A DNA stretch of 64,000 bases, taken from Escherichia coli (lineage in GTDB: Bacteria; Pseudomonadota; Gammaproteobacteria; Enterobacterales; Enterobacteriaceae). Made by a program: the position numbers and the translations under genes. Position 1 is the first letter of the stretch, and each line of letters opens with the position of its first letter. This document shows, piece by piece, positions 1-11,484 of the stretch. The stretch lies in assembly GCF_050320075.1 (NCBI RefSeq), contig NZ_CP190018.1; one strand, given 5' to 3'. The notes under the pieces are model-generated. The model did no database searches. It saw only the letters and a program-made list of their open reading frames with translations, and was not told the DNA's origin.

Positions 1-112
1 AAAGCGCATAAAAATAACAACATAAAACACTTTACCACCACCAAAAAATTCTCTATTGCATTGTTTTTTAATGAAAAAACATTATTCTCGTAATATTTCA
101 CGATAAATAACA

Positions 113-132
113 TTAGGATTTTGTTATTTAAA
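113..132 (+). promoter_or_regulatory. GAD box (GadE/RcsB-type site) upstream of gadB
   Basis: Sequence ttaggattttgttatttaaa matches the 20-bp GAD box consensus as I recall it, about 80 bp upstream of the gadB ATG. Confidence 0.7.
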
Positions 133-211
133 CCCGAGTCCTTTGCACTTGCTTACTTTATCGATAAATCCTACTTTTTTAATGCGATCCAATCATTTTA
201 AGGAGTTTAAA

Positions 212-1612
212 ATGGATAAGAAGCAAGTAACGGATTTAAGGTCGGAACTACTCGATTCACGTTTTGGTGCGAAGTCTATTTCCACTATCGCAGAATCAAA
301 ACGATTTCCGCTGCACGAAATGCGCGATGATGTCGCATTCCAGATTATCAATGACGAATTATATCTTGATGGCAACGCTCGTCAGAACCTGGCCACTTTC
401 TGCCAGACCTGGGACGACGAAAATGTCCATAAGTTGATGGATTTATCCATTAACAAAAACTGGATCGACAAAGAAGAATATCCGCAATCCGCTGCAATCG
501 ACCTGCGTTGCGTAAACATGGTTGCCGATCTGTGGCATGCGCCTGCGCCGAAAAATGGTCAGGCCGTTGGCACCAACACCATTGGTTCTTCCGAGGCCTG
601 TATGCTCGGCGGGATGGCGATGAAATGGCGTTGGCGCAAGCGTATGGAAGCTGCAGGCAAACCAACGGATAAACCAAACCTGGTGTGCGGTCCGGTGCAA
701 ATCTGCTGGCATAAATTCGCCCGCTACTGGGATGTGGAGCTGCGTGAGATCCCTATGCGCCCCGGTCAGTTGTTTATGGACCCGAAACGCATGATTGAAG
801 CCTGCGACGAAAACACCATCGGCGTGGTGCCGACTTTCGGCGTGACCTACACCGGTAACTATGAGTTCCCGCAGCCGCTGCACGATGCGCTGGATAAATT
901 CCAGGCCGACACCGGTATCGACATCGACATGCACATCGACGCCGCCAGCGGTGGCTTCCTGGCACCGTTCGTCGCCCCGGATATCGTCTGGGACTTCCGC
1001 CTGCCGCGTGTGAAATCGATCAGTGCTTCAGGCCATAAATTCGGTCTGGCTCCGCTGGGCTGCGGCTGGGTTATCTGGCGTGATGAAGAAGCGCTGCCGC
1101 AGGAACTGGTGTTCAACGTTGACTACCTCGGTGGTCAGATTGGGACTTTCGCCATCAACTTCTCCCGCCCGGCGGGTCAGGTAATTGCACAGTACTATGA
1201 ATTCCTGCGCCTCGGTCGTGAAGGCTATACCAAAGTACAGAACGCCTCTTACCAGGTTGCCGCTTATCTGGCGGATGAAATCGCCAAACTGGGGCCGTAT
1301 GAGTTCATCTGTACCGGTCGCCCGGACGAAGGCATCCCGGCGGTTTGCTTCAAACTGAAAGAGGGTGAAGATCCGGGATACACCCTCTACGACCTCTCTG
1401 AACGTCTGCGTCTGCGCGGCTGGCAGGTTCCGGCCTTCACTCTCGGCGGTGAAGCCACCGACATCGTGGTGATGCGCATTATGTGTCGTCGCGGCTTCGA
1501 AATGGACTTTGCTGAACTGTTGCTGGAAGACTACAAAGCCTCCCTGAAATATCTCAGCGACCACCCGAAACTGCAGGGTATTGCCCAGCAGAACAGCTTT
1601 AAACATACCTGA
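212..1612 (+). CDS. gadB: Glutamate decarboxylase beta (PLP-dependent)
   Basis: 466-aa product starting [21 protein letters not shown] and ending KHT; followed by gadC. The ORF-track start at 143 is an upstream extension. Confidence 0.95.
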   Translation: MDKKQVTDLRSELLDSRFGAKSISTIAESKRFPLHEMRDDVAFQIINDELYLDGNARQNLATFCQTWDDENVHKLMDLSINKNWIDKEEYPQSAAIDLRCVNMVADLWHAPAPKNGQAVGTNTIGSSEACMLGGMAMKWRWRKRMEAAGKPTDKPNLVCGPVQICWHKFARYWDVELREIPMRPGQLFMDPKRMIEACDENTIGVVPTFGVTYTGNYEFPQPLHDALDKFQADTGIDIDMHIDAASGGFLAPFVAPDIVWDFRLPRVKSISASGHKFGLAPLGCGWVIWRDEEALPQELVFNVDYLGGQIGTFAINFSRPAGQVIAQYYEFLRLGREGYTKVQNASYQVAAYLADEIAKLGPYEFICTGRPDEGIPAVCFKLKEGEDPGYTLYDLSERLRLRGWQVPAFTLGGEATDIVVMRIMCRRGFEMDFAELLLEDYKASLKYLSDHPKLQGIAQQNSFKHT

Positions 1613-1632
1613 TAACGTTTAACGGTAACGGT

Positions 1633-1658
1633 GTCCCGAAACACACCCGTTTCGGGAC
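1633..1658 (+). other. Perfect 10-bp stem-loop in the gadB-gadC intergenic region (possible intra-operon attenuator or processing site)
   Basis: gtcccgaaac / acaccc loop / gtttcgggac directly after the gadB stop; not followed by a clean U-tract. Confidence 0.35.
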
Positions 1659-1767
1659 AATTTCCAAAGTCTGTTCACTGGCATTAGCAACGGAAAATAT
1701 TGTTCTGAATACGTTTCAGAACAAAACAGGTGCGGTTCCGACAGGAATACCGTTTTAGGGGGATAAT

Positions 1768-3303
1768 ATGGCTACATCAGTACAGACAGGTAAAGCTAAG
1801 CAGCTCACATTACTCGGATTTTTTGCCATAACGGCATCGATGGTAATGGCTGTTTATGAATACCCTACCTTCGCAACATCGGGCTTTTCATTAGTCTTCT
1901 TCCTGCTATTAGGCGGGATTTTATGGTTTATTCCCGTGGGACTTTGTGCTGCGGAAATGGCTACCGTCGACGGCTGGGAAGAAGGTGGTGTCTTCGCCTG
2001 GGTATCAAATACTCTGGGGCCGAGATGGGGATTTGCAGCGATCTCATTTGGCTATCTGCAAATCGCCATTGGTTTTATTCCGATGCTCTATTTCGTGTTA
2101 GGGGCACTCTCCTACATCCTGAAATGGCCAGCGCTGAATGAAGACCCCATTACCAAAACTATTGCAGCACTCATCATTCTTTGGGCGCTGGCATTAACGC
2201 AGTTTGGTGGCACGAAATACACGGCGCGAATTGCTAAAGTTGGCTTCTTCGCCGGTATCCTGTTACCTGCATTTATTTTGATCGCATTAGCGGCTATTTA
2301 TCTGCACTCCGGTGCCCCCGTTGCTATCGAAATGGATTCGAAGACCTTCTTCCCTGACTTCTCTAAAGTGGGCACCCTGGTTGTATTTGTTGCCTTCATT
2401 TTGAGTTATATGGGGGTAGAAGCATCTGCAACCCACGTCAATGAAATGAGCAACCCAGGGCGCGACTATCCGTTGGCTATGTTATTGCTGATGGTGGCGG
2501 CAATCTGCTTAAGCTCTGTTGGCGGTTTGTCTATTGCGATGGTCATTCCGGGTAATGAAATCAACCTCTCCGCAGGGGTAATGCAAACCTTTACCGTTCT
2601 GATGTCCCATGTGGCACCGGAAATTGAGTGGACGGTTCGCGTGATCTCCGCACTGCTGTTGCTGGGTGTTCTGGCGGAAATCGCTTCCTGGATTGTTGGT
2701 CCTTCTCGCGGGATGTATGTCACAGCGCAGAAAAACCTGCTGCCAGCAGCATTCGCTAAAATGAACAAAAATGGCGTACCGGTAACGCTGGTCATTTCGC
2801 AGCTGGTGATTACTTCTATCGCGTTGATCATCCTCACCAATACCGGTGGCGGTAACAACATGTCCTTCCTGATCGCACTGGCGCTGACGGTGGTGATTTA
2901 TCTGTGTGCTTATTTCATGCTGTTTATTGGCTACATTGTGTTGGTTCTTAAACATCCTGACTTAAAACGCACATTTAATATCCCTGGTGGTAAAGGGGTG
3001 AAACTGGTCGTGGCTGTTGTCGGTCTGCTGACTTCAATTATGGCGTTTATTGTTTCCTTCCTGCCGCCGGATAACATCCAGGGTGACTCTACCGATATGT
3101 ATGTTGAATTACTGGTCGTGAGTTTCCTGGTGGTACTTGCCCTGCCCTTTATTCTCTATGCTGTTCATGATCGTAAAGGCAAAGGGAATACCGGCGTCAC
3201 TCTGGAGCCAATCAACAGTCAGAACGCACCAAAAGGTCACTTCTTCCTGCACCCGCGTGCACGTTCACCACACTATATTGTGATGAATGACAAGAAACAC
3301 TAA
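1768..3303 (+). CDS. gadC: Glutamate:GABA antiporter
   Basis: 511-aa polytopic membrane protein of the APC family, immediately downstream of gadB. Confidence 0.95.
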   Translation: MATSVQTGKAKQLTLLGFFAITASMVMAVYEYPTFATSGFSLVFFLLLGGILWFIPVGLCAAEMATVDGWEEGGVFAWVSNTLGPRWGFAAISFGYLQIAIGFIPMLYFVLGALSYILKWPALNEDPITKTIAALIILWALALTQFGGTKYTARIAKVGFFAGILLPAFILIALAAIYLHSGAPVAIEMDSKTFFPDFSKVGTLVVFVAFILSYMGVEASATHVNEMSNPGRDYPLAMLLLMVAAICLSSVGGLSIAMVIPGNEINLSAGVMQTFTVLMSHVAPEIEWTVRVISALLLLGVLAEIASWIVGPSRGMYVTAQKNLLPAAFAKMNKNGVPVTLVISQLVITSIALIILTNTGGGNNMSFLIALALTVVIYLCAYFMLFIGYIVLVLKHPDLKRTFNIPGGKGVKLVVAVVGLLTSIMAFIVSFLPPDNIQGDSTDMYVELLVVSFLVVLALPFILYAVHDRKGKGNTGVTLEPINSQNAPKGHFFLHPRARSPHYIVMNDKKH

Positions 3304-3328
3304 CCATGTCTGAATGGTTATAAGATAA

Positions 3329-3356
3329 GGGAGCGATAATTCATCGCTCCCTTTTT
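3329..3356 (+). terminator. Rho-independent terminator after gadC
   Basis: gggagcgat / aattc / atcgctccc followed by ttttt. Confidence 0.7.
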
Positions 3357-3433
3357 CGTGCTTGCTGTCGTATTGACTTAACCGGGATAAGTACGAGAAT
3401 GAGCGCACATCTGTTTACCGGAAACCAGCACAT

Positions 3434-4753
3434 ATGGATATCTGCTCCCGAAACGAGAAATTAGCGATTAGAAGACCAGCGATACTGGTTGCACTGGCAC
3501 TTTTACTGTGTAGTTGTAAAAGCACGCCTCCAGAGTCCATGGTGACACCACCAGCGGGTTCAAAGCCACCAGCCACGACGCAACAATCGTCACAACCGAT
3601 GCGTGGCATCTGGCTGGCTACGGTGTCTCGCCTCGACTGGCCACCGGTTTCCTCGGTTAACATTAGTAACCCCACCAGCCGGGCCCGTGTACAACAACAG
3701 GCGATGATCGACAAACTGGATCATCTGCAACGTCTCGGCATAAACACGGTCTTTTTCCAGGTCAAGCCGGACGGTACCGCCCTGTGGCCATCAAAAATTT
3801 TGCCGTGGTCCGATCTTATGACCGGAAAGATTGGTGAAAATCCAGGTTACGATCCGCTGCAATTTATGCTCGACGAAGCCCACAAGCGTGGGATGAAAGT
3901 ACACGCCTGGTTTAACCCCTATCGCGTATCGGTTAATACGAAGCCCGGTACTATCAGGGAACTGAATAGCACTCTGTCTCAACAACCAGCGAGCGTCTAT
4001 GTGCAACACCGCGACTGGATCAGAACGTCCGGCGATCGCTTTGTCCTCGACCCGGGCATCCCTGAAGTTCAGGACTGGATCACATCAATAGTCGCGGAAG
4101 TGGTTTCCCGCTATCCGGTAGATGGCGTGCAGTTTGACGACTATTTCTATACTGAGTCACCAGCTTCACGGCTAAATGATAACGAAACGTACCGCAAATA
4201 CGGAGGCGCATTTGCGTCAAAAGCAGACTGGCGGCGCAACAATACTCAGCAGTTAATTGCGAAGGTATCGCACACCATTAAAAGCATTAAGCCGGAAGTC
4301 GAATTTGGCGTTAGCCCGGCAGGCGTGTGGCGTAACCGATCACACGATCCGCTCGGTTCCGATACCCGAGGCGCGGCAGCCTATGACGAATCCTACGCTG
4401 ACACCCGTCGATGGGTGGAACAAGGATTGCTGGATTACATTGCTCCCCAAATTTACTGGCCGTTCTCACGGAGTGCCGCACGTTATGACGTTTTGGCAAA
4501 ATGGTGGGCAGATGTCGTTAAACCGACCAGGACCCGCCTGTATATCGGTATCGCCTTCTATAAAGTGGGTGAACCTTCAAAGATAGAGCCAGACTGGATG
4601 ATTAACGGCGGCGTACCGGAACTGAAAAAACAGCTCGATCTTAACGATGCCGTGCCAGAAATTAGCGGCACAATCTTGTTCCGTGAGGACTATCTGAATA
4701 AACCGCAGACTCAACAAGCGGTTAGCTATCTGCAAAGTCGTTGGGGCAGTTAA
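3434..4753 (+). CDS. yddW: Glycoside-hydrolase-like lipoprotein YddW
   Basis: 439-aa ORF with a lipoprotein-type N-terminus (LLLCSCK); position after gadC matches K-12 synteny. Confidence 0.85.
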   Translation: MDICSRNEKLAIRRPAILVALALLLCSCKSTPPESMVTPPAGSKPPATTQQSSQPMRGIWLATVSRLDWPPVSSVNISNPTSRARVQQQAMIDKLDHLQRLGINTVFFQVKPDGTALWPSKILPWSDLMTGKIGENPGYDPLQFMLDEAHKRGMKVHAWFNPYRVSVNTKPGTIRELNSTLSQQPASVYVQHRDWIRTSGDRFVLDPGIPEVQDWITSIVAEVVSRYPVDGVQFDDYFYTESPASRLNDNETYRKYGGAFASKADWRRNNTQQLIAKVSHTIKSIKPEVEFGVSPAGVWRNRSHDPLGSDTRGAAAYDESYADTRRWVEQGLLDYIAPQIYWPFSRSAARYDVLAKWWADVVKPTRTRLYIGIAFYKVGEPSKIEPDWMINGGVPELKKQLDLNDAVPEISGTILFREDYLNKPQTQQAVSYLQSRWGS

Positions 4754-5129
4754 ACTCCCATTCATACTTTGTGACAAGCCGGTGGTTTACCCACCGGCTT
4801 GCTACCCTCTTGAAATATCCCACTAGTAATCATGCTTACTTAAGTCAAATTAACTACGCAATTAACCACACTTAGTTAAACAGTCATAAATCCCCTAATA
4901 AAAATGTATGAACATGAAAAAACATACGATATTCGCTGTCACCGAAAAATAATTACGATGGGCTATACTCTTCTGAAGAACAGTAGCGTAGATTGAAACT
5001 GTCCTAAGTCGCTTATTTCTTTTCAGTATATCTTCATATTTCAGGAGAATATGGTGCAGTTAGTCGATCTCGCACGTTGCGTTTCGTTTTGATTCCGTCT
5101 GCTTTCCCAGCCTTATAAGGGTGTGAATT

Positions 5130-5467
5130 ATGGAGATGTATTTTAAAAGAATGAAAGATGAGTGGACCGGGCTTGTCGAACAAGCAGATCCGCTCATTCG
5201 TGCTAAAGCCGCGGAAATTGCCGTTGCGCATGCCCATTATCTGAGTATTGAGTTTTACCGAATTGTCCGTATCGACCCGCATGCCGAAGAATTCTTGAGT
5301 AATGAACAAGTTGAGCGGCAGTTGAAAAGTGCGATGGAACGCTGGATTATTAACGTGCTTTCTGCCCAGGTGGACGATGTCGAAAGGCTAATACAAATCC
5401 AGCATACCGTTGCGGAAGTGCATGCCCGCATAGGAATTCCGGTAGAAATTGTCGAGATGGGGTTTCG
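5130..5467 (+). pseudogene. dosC: dosC 5' fragment (globin-sensor domain only), truncated by IS1
   Basis: Product starts MEMYFKRMKDEWTGLVEQADPLIRAKAAEIA (DosC globin domain) and runs into the IS1 left end at 5468; the GGDEF domain is absent. Confidence 0.8.
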
Positions 5468-5522
5468 GGTGATGCTGCCAACTTACTGATTTAGTGTATG
5501 ATGGTGTTTTTGAGGTGCTCCA

Positions 5523-5798
5523 GTGGCTTCTGTTTCTATCAGCTGTCCCTCCTGTTCAGCTACTGACGGGGTGGTGCGTAACGGCAAAAGCACCGCCGGA
5601 CATCAGCGCTATCTCTGCTCTCACTGCCGTAAAACATGGCAACTGCAGTTCACTTACACCGCTTCTCAACCCGGTACGCACCAGAAAATCATTGATATGG
5701 CCATGAATGGCGTTGGATGCCGGGCAACCGCCCGCATTATGGGCGTTGGCCTCAACACGATTTTCCGCCATTTAAAAAACTCAGGCCGCAGTCGGTAA
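5523..5798 (+). CDS. insA: IS1 InsA
   Basis: 91-aa product [43 protein letters not shown]. Confidence 0.95.
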   Translation: MASVSISCPSCSATDGVVRNGKSTAGHQRYLCSHCRKTWQLQFTYTASQPGTHQKIIDMAMNGVGCRATARIMGVGLNTIFRHLKNSGRSR

Positions 5799-6220
5799 CC
5801 TCGCGCATACAGCCGGGCAGTGACGTCATCGTCTGCGCGGAAATGGACGAACAGTGGGGATACGTCGGGGCTAAATCGCGCCAGCGCTGGCTGTTTTACG
5901 CGTATGACAGGCTCCGGAAGACGGTTGTTGCGCACGTATTCGGTGAACGCACTCTGGCCACACTGGAGCGTCTTCTAAGCCTGCTGTCGGCCTTTGAGGT
6001 CGTGGTATGGATGACGGATGGCTGGCCGCTGTATGAATCCCGCCTGAAGGGAAAGCTGCACGTAATCAGCAAGCGTTACACTCAGCGAATTGAGCGGCAT
6101 AACCTGAATCTGAGACAACATCTGGCAAGGCTGGGACGGAAGTCACTGTCGTTCTCAAAATCGGTGGAGCTGCATGACAAGGTCATCGGGCATTATCTGA
6201 ACATAAAACACTATCAGTAA
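5717..6220 (+). CDS. insB: IS1 InsB (transposase made as InsAB' by -1 frameshift)
   Basis: 167-aa ORF overlapping insA in the -1 frame; typical IS1 organisation. Confidence 0.9.
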   Translation: MPGNRPHYGRWPQHDFPPFKKLRPQSVTSRIQPGSDVIVCAEMDEQWGYVGAKSRQRWLFYAYDRLRKTVVAHVFGERTLATLERLLSLLSAFEVVVWMTDGWPLYESRLKGKLHVISKRYTQRIERHNLNLRQHLARLGRKSLSFSKSVELHDKVIGHYLNIKHYQ

Positions 6221-6235
6221 GTTGGAGTCATTACC

Positions 6236-6430
6236 GAAAATTCAACAGCAGAACCCGCTCTGGTTAATGCCATTGAGCAAGGCCTTCGGGCAGAGCACGG
6301 TGTTGTCACTGAAGATGACATTCTCATGGAGCTGACCAAATGGGTGGAAGCTTCTGATAACGACATCCTCAGTGATATCTACCAGCAAACGATCAATTAT
6401 GTGGTCAGTGGCCAGCACCCTACGCTTTAA
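6236..6430 (+). pseudogene. bdm: bdm (biofilm-dependent modulation protein), 5'-truncated by IS1
   Basis: Reading frame ENSTAEPALVNAIEQGLRAEHGVVTEDDILMELTKWVEASDNDILSDIYQQTINYVVSGQHPTL begins exactly at the IS1 right end; the first ~7 codons and the promoter are missing. Confidence 0.8.
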
Positions 6431-6531
6431 GGTGCTATGCTTGATCGGCAACCTAATTTAGGGGTTTAGCACGTGTTTCTTCGCTACGGCGATGTTGTCC
6501 TTAAAACTAGCAACAGGATTGAGGAGTTAAA

Positions 6532-6669
6532 ATGAAATCGAACCGTCAGGCACGTCATATTCTTGGACTGGACCATAAAATTTCTAACCAGCGCAAAATA
6601 GTTACCGAAGGTGACAAATCCAGCGTGGTAAATAACCCAACCGGCAGAAAACGCCCCGCTGAAAAGTAA
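6532..6669 (+). CDS. sra: Stationary-phase ribosome-associated protein Sra (30S subunit protein S22)
   Basis: 45-aa [48 protein letters not shown]; missed by the ORF track because it is short. Confidence 0.9.
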
Positions 6670-6700
6670 TTCATAACCATCAGTCCTCAATGACGATTAA

Positions 6701-6734
6701 ACACCATTGCCTGCGCAATGGTGTTTTTGTTTTT
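6701..6734 (+). terminator. Rho-independent terminator after sra
   Basis: acaccattgc / ctgc / gcaatggtgt followed by tttttgttttt. Confidence 0.75.
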
Positions 6735-6825
6735 ATCTGCTTTATACTTGGGGCCGACGCCCTGGCGGTAAAGCAAAGACGATAAAAGCGTGCCAGGGTT
6801 GGATATTCAAAAAAGAGTGAGTGAC

Positions 6826-8523
6826 ATGGAACCAAAAACAAAAAAACAGCGTTCGCTTTATATTCCTTACGCTGGCCCTGTACTGCTGGAATTTCCGTTG
6901 TTGAATAAAGGCAGTGCCTTCAGCATGGAAGAACGCCGTAACTTCAACCTGCTGGGGTTACTGCCGGAAGTGGTCGAAACCATCGAAGAGCAAGCGGAAC
7001 GAGCATGGATCCAGTATCAGGGATTCAAAACCGAAATCGACAAACACATCTACCTGCGTAACATCCAGGACACTAACGAAACCCTCTTCTACCGTCTGGT
7101 AAACAATCATCTTGATGAGATGATGCCTGTTATTTATACCCCAACCGTTGGCGCAGCCTGTGAGCGTTTTTCTGAGATCTACCGCCGTTCACGCGGCGTG
7201 TTTATCTCTTACCAGAACCGCCACAATATGGACGATATTCTGCAAAACGTGCCGAACCATAATATTAAAGTGATTGTGGTGACTGACGGCGAACGTATTC
7301 TGGGGCTTGGTGACCAGGGCATCGGCGGGATGGGCATTCCGATCGGTAAACTGTCGCTCTATACCGCTTGTGGCGGCATCAGCCCAGCGTATACCCTTCC
7401 GGTGGTGCTGGATGTCGGGACGAATAACCAACAGCTGCTTAACGATCCGCTGTATATGGGCTGGCGTAATCCGCGTATCACTGACGACGAATACTATGAA
7501 TTCGTTGATGAATTTATCCAGGCTGTGAAACAACGCTGGCCGGACGTACTGTTGCAGTTTGAAGACTTCGCACAAAAAAATGCGATGCCGTTACTTAACC
7601 GCTATCGCAATGAAATTTGTTCTTTTAACGATGACATTCAGGGCACCGCGGCGGTAACGGTCGGCACACTGATCGCAGCCAGCCGCGCGGCAGGTGGTCA
7701 GTTAAGCGAGAAAAAAATCGTCTTCCTTGGCGCAGGTTCAGCGGGATGCGGCATTGCCGAAATGATCATTGCCCAGACTCAGCGCGAAGGATTAAGCGAG
7801 GAAACGGCGCGGCAGAAAGTCTTTATGGTCGATCGCTTTGGCCTGCTGACCGACAAGATGCCGAACCTGCTGCCTTTCCAGACCAAACTGGTGCAGAAAC
7901 GCGAAAACCTCAGTGACTGGGATACCGACAGCGATGTGCTGTCACTGCTGGATGTGGTGCGTAATGTAAAACCAGATATTCTGATTGGCGTCTCAGGACA
8001 GACCGGGCTGTTTACGGAAGAGATCATCCGTGAGATGCATAAACACTGTCCGCGTCCGATCGTGATGCCGTTGTCTAACCCGACTTCACGCGTGGAAGCC
8101 ACACCGCAGGACATTATCGCCTGGACTGAAGGTAACGCGCTGGTCGCCACTGGCAGTCCGTTTAACCCAGTGGTATGGAAAGATAAAATCTACCCTATCG
8201 CCCAGTGTAACAACGCCTTTATTTTCCCGGGCATCGGGCTGGGCGTTATTGCTTCCGGCGCGTCACGTATCACCGATGAGATGCTGATGTCGGCAAGTGA
8301 AACGCTTGCTCAGTATTCGCCACTGGTGCTGAACGGCGAAGGTCTGGTACTGCCGGAACTGAAAGATATTCAGAAAGTCTCCCGCGCAATTGCCTTTGCG
8401 GTTGGCAAAATGGCGCAGCAGCAAGGCGTGGCGGTGAAAACCTCCGCCGAAGCTCTGCAACAGGCCATTGATGATAATTTCTGGCAAGCCGAATACCGCG
8501 ACTACCGCCGTACCTCCATCTAA
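6826..8523 (+). CDS. maeA: NAD-dependent malic enzyme
   Basis: 565-aa product from [22 protein letters not shown]; malic enzyme family; the ORF-track start at 6790 is a GTG extension. Confidence 0.95.
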   Translation: MEPKTKKQRSLYIPYAGPVLLEFPLLNKGSAFSMEERRNFNLLGLLPEVVETIEEQAERAWIQYQGFKTEIDKHIYLRNIQDTNETLFYRLVNNHLDEMMPVIYTPTVGAACERFSEIYRRSRGVFISYQNRHNMDDILQNVPNHNIKVIVVTDGERILGLGDQGIGGMGIPIGKLSLYTACGGISPAYTLPVVLDVGTNNQQLLNDPLYMGWRNPRITDDEYYEFVDEFIQAVKQRWPDVLLQFEDFAQKNAMPLLNRYRNEICSFNDDIQGTAAVTVGTLIAASRAAGGQLSEKKIVFLGAGSAGCGIAEMIIAQTQREGLSEETARQKVFMVDRFGLLTDKMPNLLPFQTKLVQKRENLSDWDTDSDVLSLLDVVRNVKPDILIGVSGQTGLFTEEIIREMHKHCPRPIVMPLSNPTSRVEATPQDIIAWTEGNALVATGSPFNPVVWKDKIYPIAQCNNAFIFPGIGLGVIASGASRITDEMLMSASETLAQYSPLVLNGEGLVLPELKDIQKVSRAIAFAVGKMAQQQGVAVKTSAEALQQAIDDNFWQAEYRDYRRTSI

Positions 8524-8656
8524 GCCTGCGCCCGGTAGTCAAGGCTACCGGGCAATTTCCCTCTCCCTTTTTCAGATCTCATCCATACTGGGTAGTGGCG
8601 AATAAATCTCATTTGCCTCACCTGCTATGCAGAACATCATCCGAAAAGGAGGAACT

Positions 8657-9667
8657 ATGAAGGCTGCAGTTGTTACGAAGGATCATCATGTTGACGTTAC
8701 GGATAAAACACTGCGCTCACTGAAACATGGCGAAGCCCTGCTGAAAATGGAGTGTTGTGGTGTATGTCATACCGATCTTCATGTGAAGAATGGCGATTTT
8801 GGTGACAAAACCGGCGTAATTCTGGGCCATGAAGGCATCGGTGTGGTGGCAGAAGTTGGCCCAGGTGTCACCTCATTAAAACCAGGCGATCGTGCCAGCG
8901 TGGCGTGGTTTTACGAAGGATGCGGTCATTGCGAATACTGTAACAGTGGTAACGAAACGCTCTGCCGTTCAGTTAAAAATGCCGGATACAGCGTTGATGG
9001 AGGGATGGCGGAAGAGTGCATCGTGGTCGCCGATTACGCGGTAAAAGTGCCAGATGGTCTGGACTCGGCGGCGGCCAGCAGCATTACCTGTGCGGGGGTC
9101 ACCACCTACAAAGCCGTTAAGCTGTCAAAAATTCGTCCAGGGCAGTGGATTGCTATCTACGGTCTTGGCGGTCTGGGTAACCTCGCCCTGCAATACGCGA
9201 AGAATGTCTTTAACGCCAAAGTGATCGCCATTGATGTCAATGATGAGCAGTTAAAACTGGCAACCGAAATGGGCGCAGATTTAGCGATTAACTCACGCAG
9301 CGAAGACGCCGCCAAAATTGTGCAGGAGAAAACTAGTGGCGCTCACGCTGCGGTGGTAACAGCGGTAGCTAAAGCTGCGTTTAACTCGGCAGTTGATGCT
9401 GTCCGTGCAGGTGGGCGTGTTGTGGCAGTCGGTCTGCCGCCGGAGTCTATGAGCCTGGATATCCCACGCCTTGTGCTGGATGGCATTGAAGTGGTCGGTT
9501 CTCTGGTCGGCACGCGCCAGGATCTAACCGAAGCCTTCCAGTTTGCCGCCGAAGGCAAAGTGGTGCCGAAAGTCGCCCTGCGTCCGTTAGCGGACATCAA
9601 CACCATCTTTACCGAGATGGAAGAAGGCAAAATCCGTGGCCGTATGGTGATTGATTTCCGCCGCTAA
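8657..9667 (+). CDS. adhP: Zn-dependent alcohol dehydrogenase, propanol-preferring
   Basis: 336-aa product from [11 protein letters not shown] with the GHEGIG and CGHCEYC zinc-ADH motifs. Confidence 0.95.
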   Translation: MKAAVVTKDHHVDVTDKTLRSLKHGEALLKMECCGVCHTDLHVKNGDFGDKTGVILGHEGIGVVAEVGPGVTSLKPGDRASVAWFYEGCGHCEYCNSGNETLCRSVKNAGYSVDGGMAEECIVVADYAVKVPDGLDSAAASSITCAGVTTYKAVKLSKIRPGQWIAIYGLGGLGNLALQYAKNVFNAKVIAIDVNDEQLKLATEMGADLAINSRSEDAAKIVQEKTSGAHAAVVTAVAKAAFNSAVDAVRAGGRVVAVGLPPESMSLDIPRLVLDGIEVVGSLVGTRQDLTEAFQFAAEGKVVPKVALRPLADINTIFTEMEEGKIRGRMVIDFRR

Positions 9668-9783
9668 GAGGCCTTTGCTGCGACTGCCATGTTCGGGTCG
9701 CAGCATCGCACACTCTCCAACATGAAATGGCTAAATGGATTATTGTTGCGTAGGAAGGAACGCTACTGAGAGTAAAGACACTA

Positions 9784-10068
9784 ATGAAAATGGCCAATCA
9801 TCCCCGCCCGGGGGACATTATTCAGGAATCACTGGACGAACTTAATGTCAGCCTGCGCGAGTTTGCCAGAGCAATGGAAATTGCGCCCTCAACGGCAAGC
9901 CGATTGCTGACCGGAAAAGCAGCTTTGACACCAGAAATGGCGATTAAACTTTCCGTGGTGATCGGCAGTTCGCCGCAAATGTGGCTGAATCTGCAAAACG
10001 CCTGGAGTCTGGCAGAGGCAGAAAAAACGGTGGATGTGTCGCGATTACGCCGTCTGGTTACGCAATAA
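9784..10068 (+). CDS. yddM: HTH-XRE antitoxin-like DNA-binding protein (HigA family)
   Basis: 94-aa ORF with a helix-turn-helix ([23 protein letters not shown]); position after adhP matches K-12 yddM. Confidence 0.8.
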
Positions 10069-10778
10069 TAAATATCCTCCGGCATAGCCGGAGGTTTTTC
10101 AAATGCGCCTGTAAGGCTCTGTTACCAGCCGCGCCCTAACAGGCGCATACGATCTGACATTTGCATTCAACTTCGTTACTTACGGCCCGTAAACGGGCTG
10201 CCCGGATATGGAATCGATAACTGCTCCCCCATTTTATCCTCTTCAAGCTGGTGCTTTATGTAGTCCTGTATCTTCGCCGTGTTCTTACCCACCGTATCGA
10301 CATAGTACCCTCGGCACCAGAACTCCCTGTTTCTGTATTTGAATTTCAAATCCCCAAACTGCTCGTAAAGCATCAGACTGCTTTTCCCTTTCAGATATCC
10401 CATAAAGCCGGATACGCTCATTTTGGGTGGGATTTCCACAAGCATATGGATATGATCTGCGCAGCACTCTGCTTCCAGAATCCGTACGCTTTTCCACTCA
10501 CACAGCTTTCTCAAAATACTGCCTATCGCCCTACGCTTCTCTCCGTAAAACGCCAGTCTTCGGTATTTCGGCGCAAAAACTATGTGATATTTACAGTTCC
10601 AGCGGGTGTGCGCTAAGCTCTTTTCGTCCCCCATTGGGACCCCCTTTTGATTTCTTGTTTGACACTTGCAGTTGCCAGACCGCAAGGTGTTTTAACAAAT
10701 CAAAAGGGGTTTTAATAACTGGCTCAAAGCTGAAAGCTTTCCGGAACCCCCAGCCTAGCTGGGGGTTTTCTGTGCACA
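10067..10778 (-). mobile_element. IS200-like element (IS200/IS605 family), copy 1, about 712 bp
   Basis: Shares about 712 bp including terminal hairpins (cctccggcatagccggagg; ccccagctaggctggggg) with an inverted copy at 49967..50678; boundaries inferred from where the two copies diverge from their flanks. Confidence 0.7.
10176..10634 (-). CDS. tnpA: IS200-type Y1 (HUH) transposase TnpA
   Basis: 152-aa product MGDEKSLAHTRWNCKYHIVFAPKYRR with a HIHML HUH motif; the ORF-track start at 10685 is an extension. Confidence 0.9.
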   Translation of the reverse strand: MGDEKSLAHTRWNCKYHIVFAPKYRRLAFYGEKRRAIGSILRKLCEWKSVRILEAECCADHIHMLVEIPPKMSVSGFMGYLKGKSSLMLYEQFGDLKFKYRNREFWCRGYYVDTVGKNTAKIQDYIKHQLEEDKMGEQLSIPYPGSPFTGRK

Positions 10779-10809
10779 AAAAAAATGGCGCTTCTTAAAG
10801 CGCCATTTT
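10778..10809 (-). terminator. Rho-independent terminator after fdnI
   Basis: On the minus strand: aaatggcgc / tttaagaa / gcgccattt followed by an 8-T run. Confidence 0.7.
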
Positions 10810-10830
10810 CAGCTTAAAGTTCAAAAGAGA

Positions 10831-11484
10831 TTATATCCCTTCTTCACTCTCTTTTTTCGCTTCTGCCTTCTCGATTTCACGATACCAGCGCGGATGGTGT
10901 TTCTTCGCCCAGCGACGGCTCACCTTTCCTTCGATCATCCCTTTAATCGATCCTTTCACCCAGAATGCCATATACATATGGATCAGGATGGCGTGGATCA
11001 GGATGATACCCGCAGCCGCGTGGATCAGCAGGCTATAACGGACAACCTGTATCGGGAAGTACTGCGCAAAGTACGGACGCCAGATAATCACCCCGGTCAC
11101 CAGCAGCACGAAAATCATGCTCATGATCGACCAGAACATCATCTTTTGCCCGGCGTTGTACTTACCGACATCCGCCACTTTGTGCTCATTGCCTTTTAAT
11201 ACTTCGACAATGTTCAACAGCCACGGAATATCTTTCTTATCCGGGATGTTGTGATGCACAAAACGCACAAACATAAACATCAGCGCGACGAAAATCGCAA
11301 TGCCGAAGAACGGGTGCAAAATGCGTCCCATCTGCGGCGTACCGAAGGTTTGCGTCAGCCATTGCAGCGTCGGGAAGAAGAACGAAATCCCGGACAGCGC
11401 CACCAGGAAGAAGCAAATCACCACGGTCCAGTGACAGGCGCGATCAATAAATTTGGTGCGCACAATCATTTTCGACTTACTCAT
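10831..11484 (-). CDS. fdnI: Formate dehydrogenase-N gamma subunit (cytochrome b556)
   Basis: 217-aa membrane protein from [19 protein letters not shown]; start overlaps fdnH. Confidence 0.9.
   Translation of the reverse strand: MSKSKMIVRTKFIDRACHWTVVICFFLVALSGISFFFPTLQWLTQTFGTPQMGRILHPFFGIAIFVALMFMFVRFVHHNIPDKKDIPWLLNIVEVLKGNEHKVADVGKYNAGQKMMFWSIMSMIFVLLVTGVIIWRPYFAQYFPIQVVRYSLLIHAAAGIILIHAILIHMYMAFWVKGSIKGMIEGKVSRRWAKKHHPRWYREIEKAEAKKESEEGI

Larger units (their letters stand above)
5468..6235 (+). mobile_element. IS1 insertion sequence (768 bp), no flanking target duplication
   Basis: Starts ggtgatgctgccaacttactgat and ends cagtaagttggagtcattacc; encodes InsA and InsB; flanks are dosC and bdm interiors. 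Confidence 0.95.

Noticed and set aside
143-211. N-terminal extension of gadB in the ORF track
   Set aside because: The canonical GadB starts at [16 protein letters not shown] (212); the extension would cover the GAD box and promoter region
8524-8580. Possible terminator hairpin after maeA (cccggtag/ctaccggg)
   Set aside because: Short stem with a weak, interrupted T-tract; not convincing enough to list as a feature
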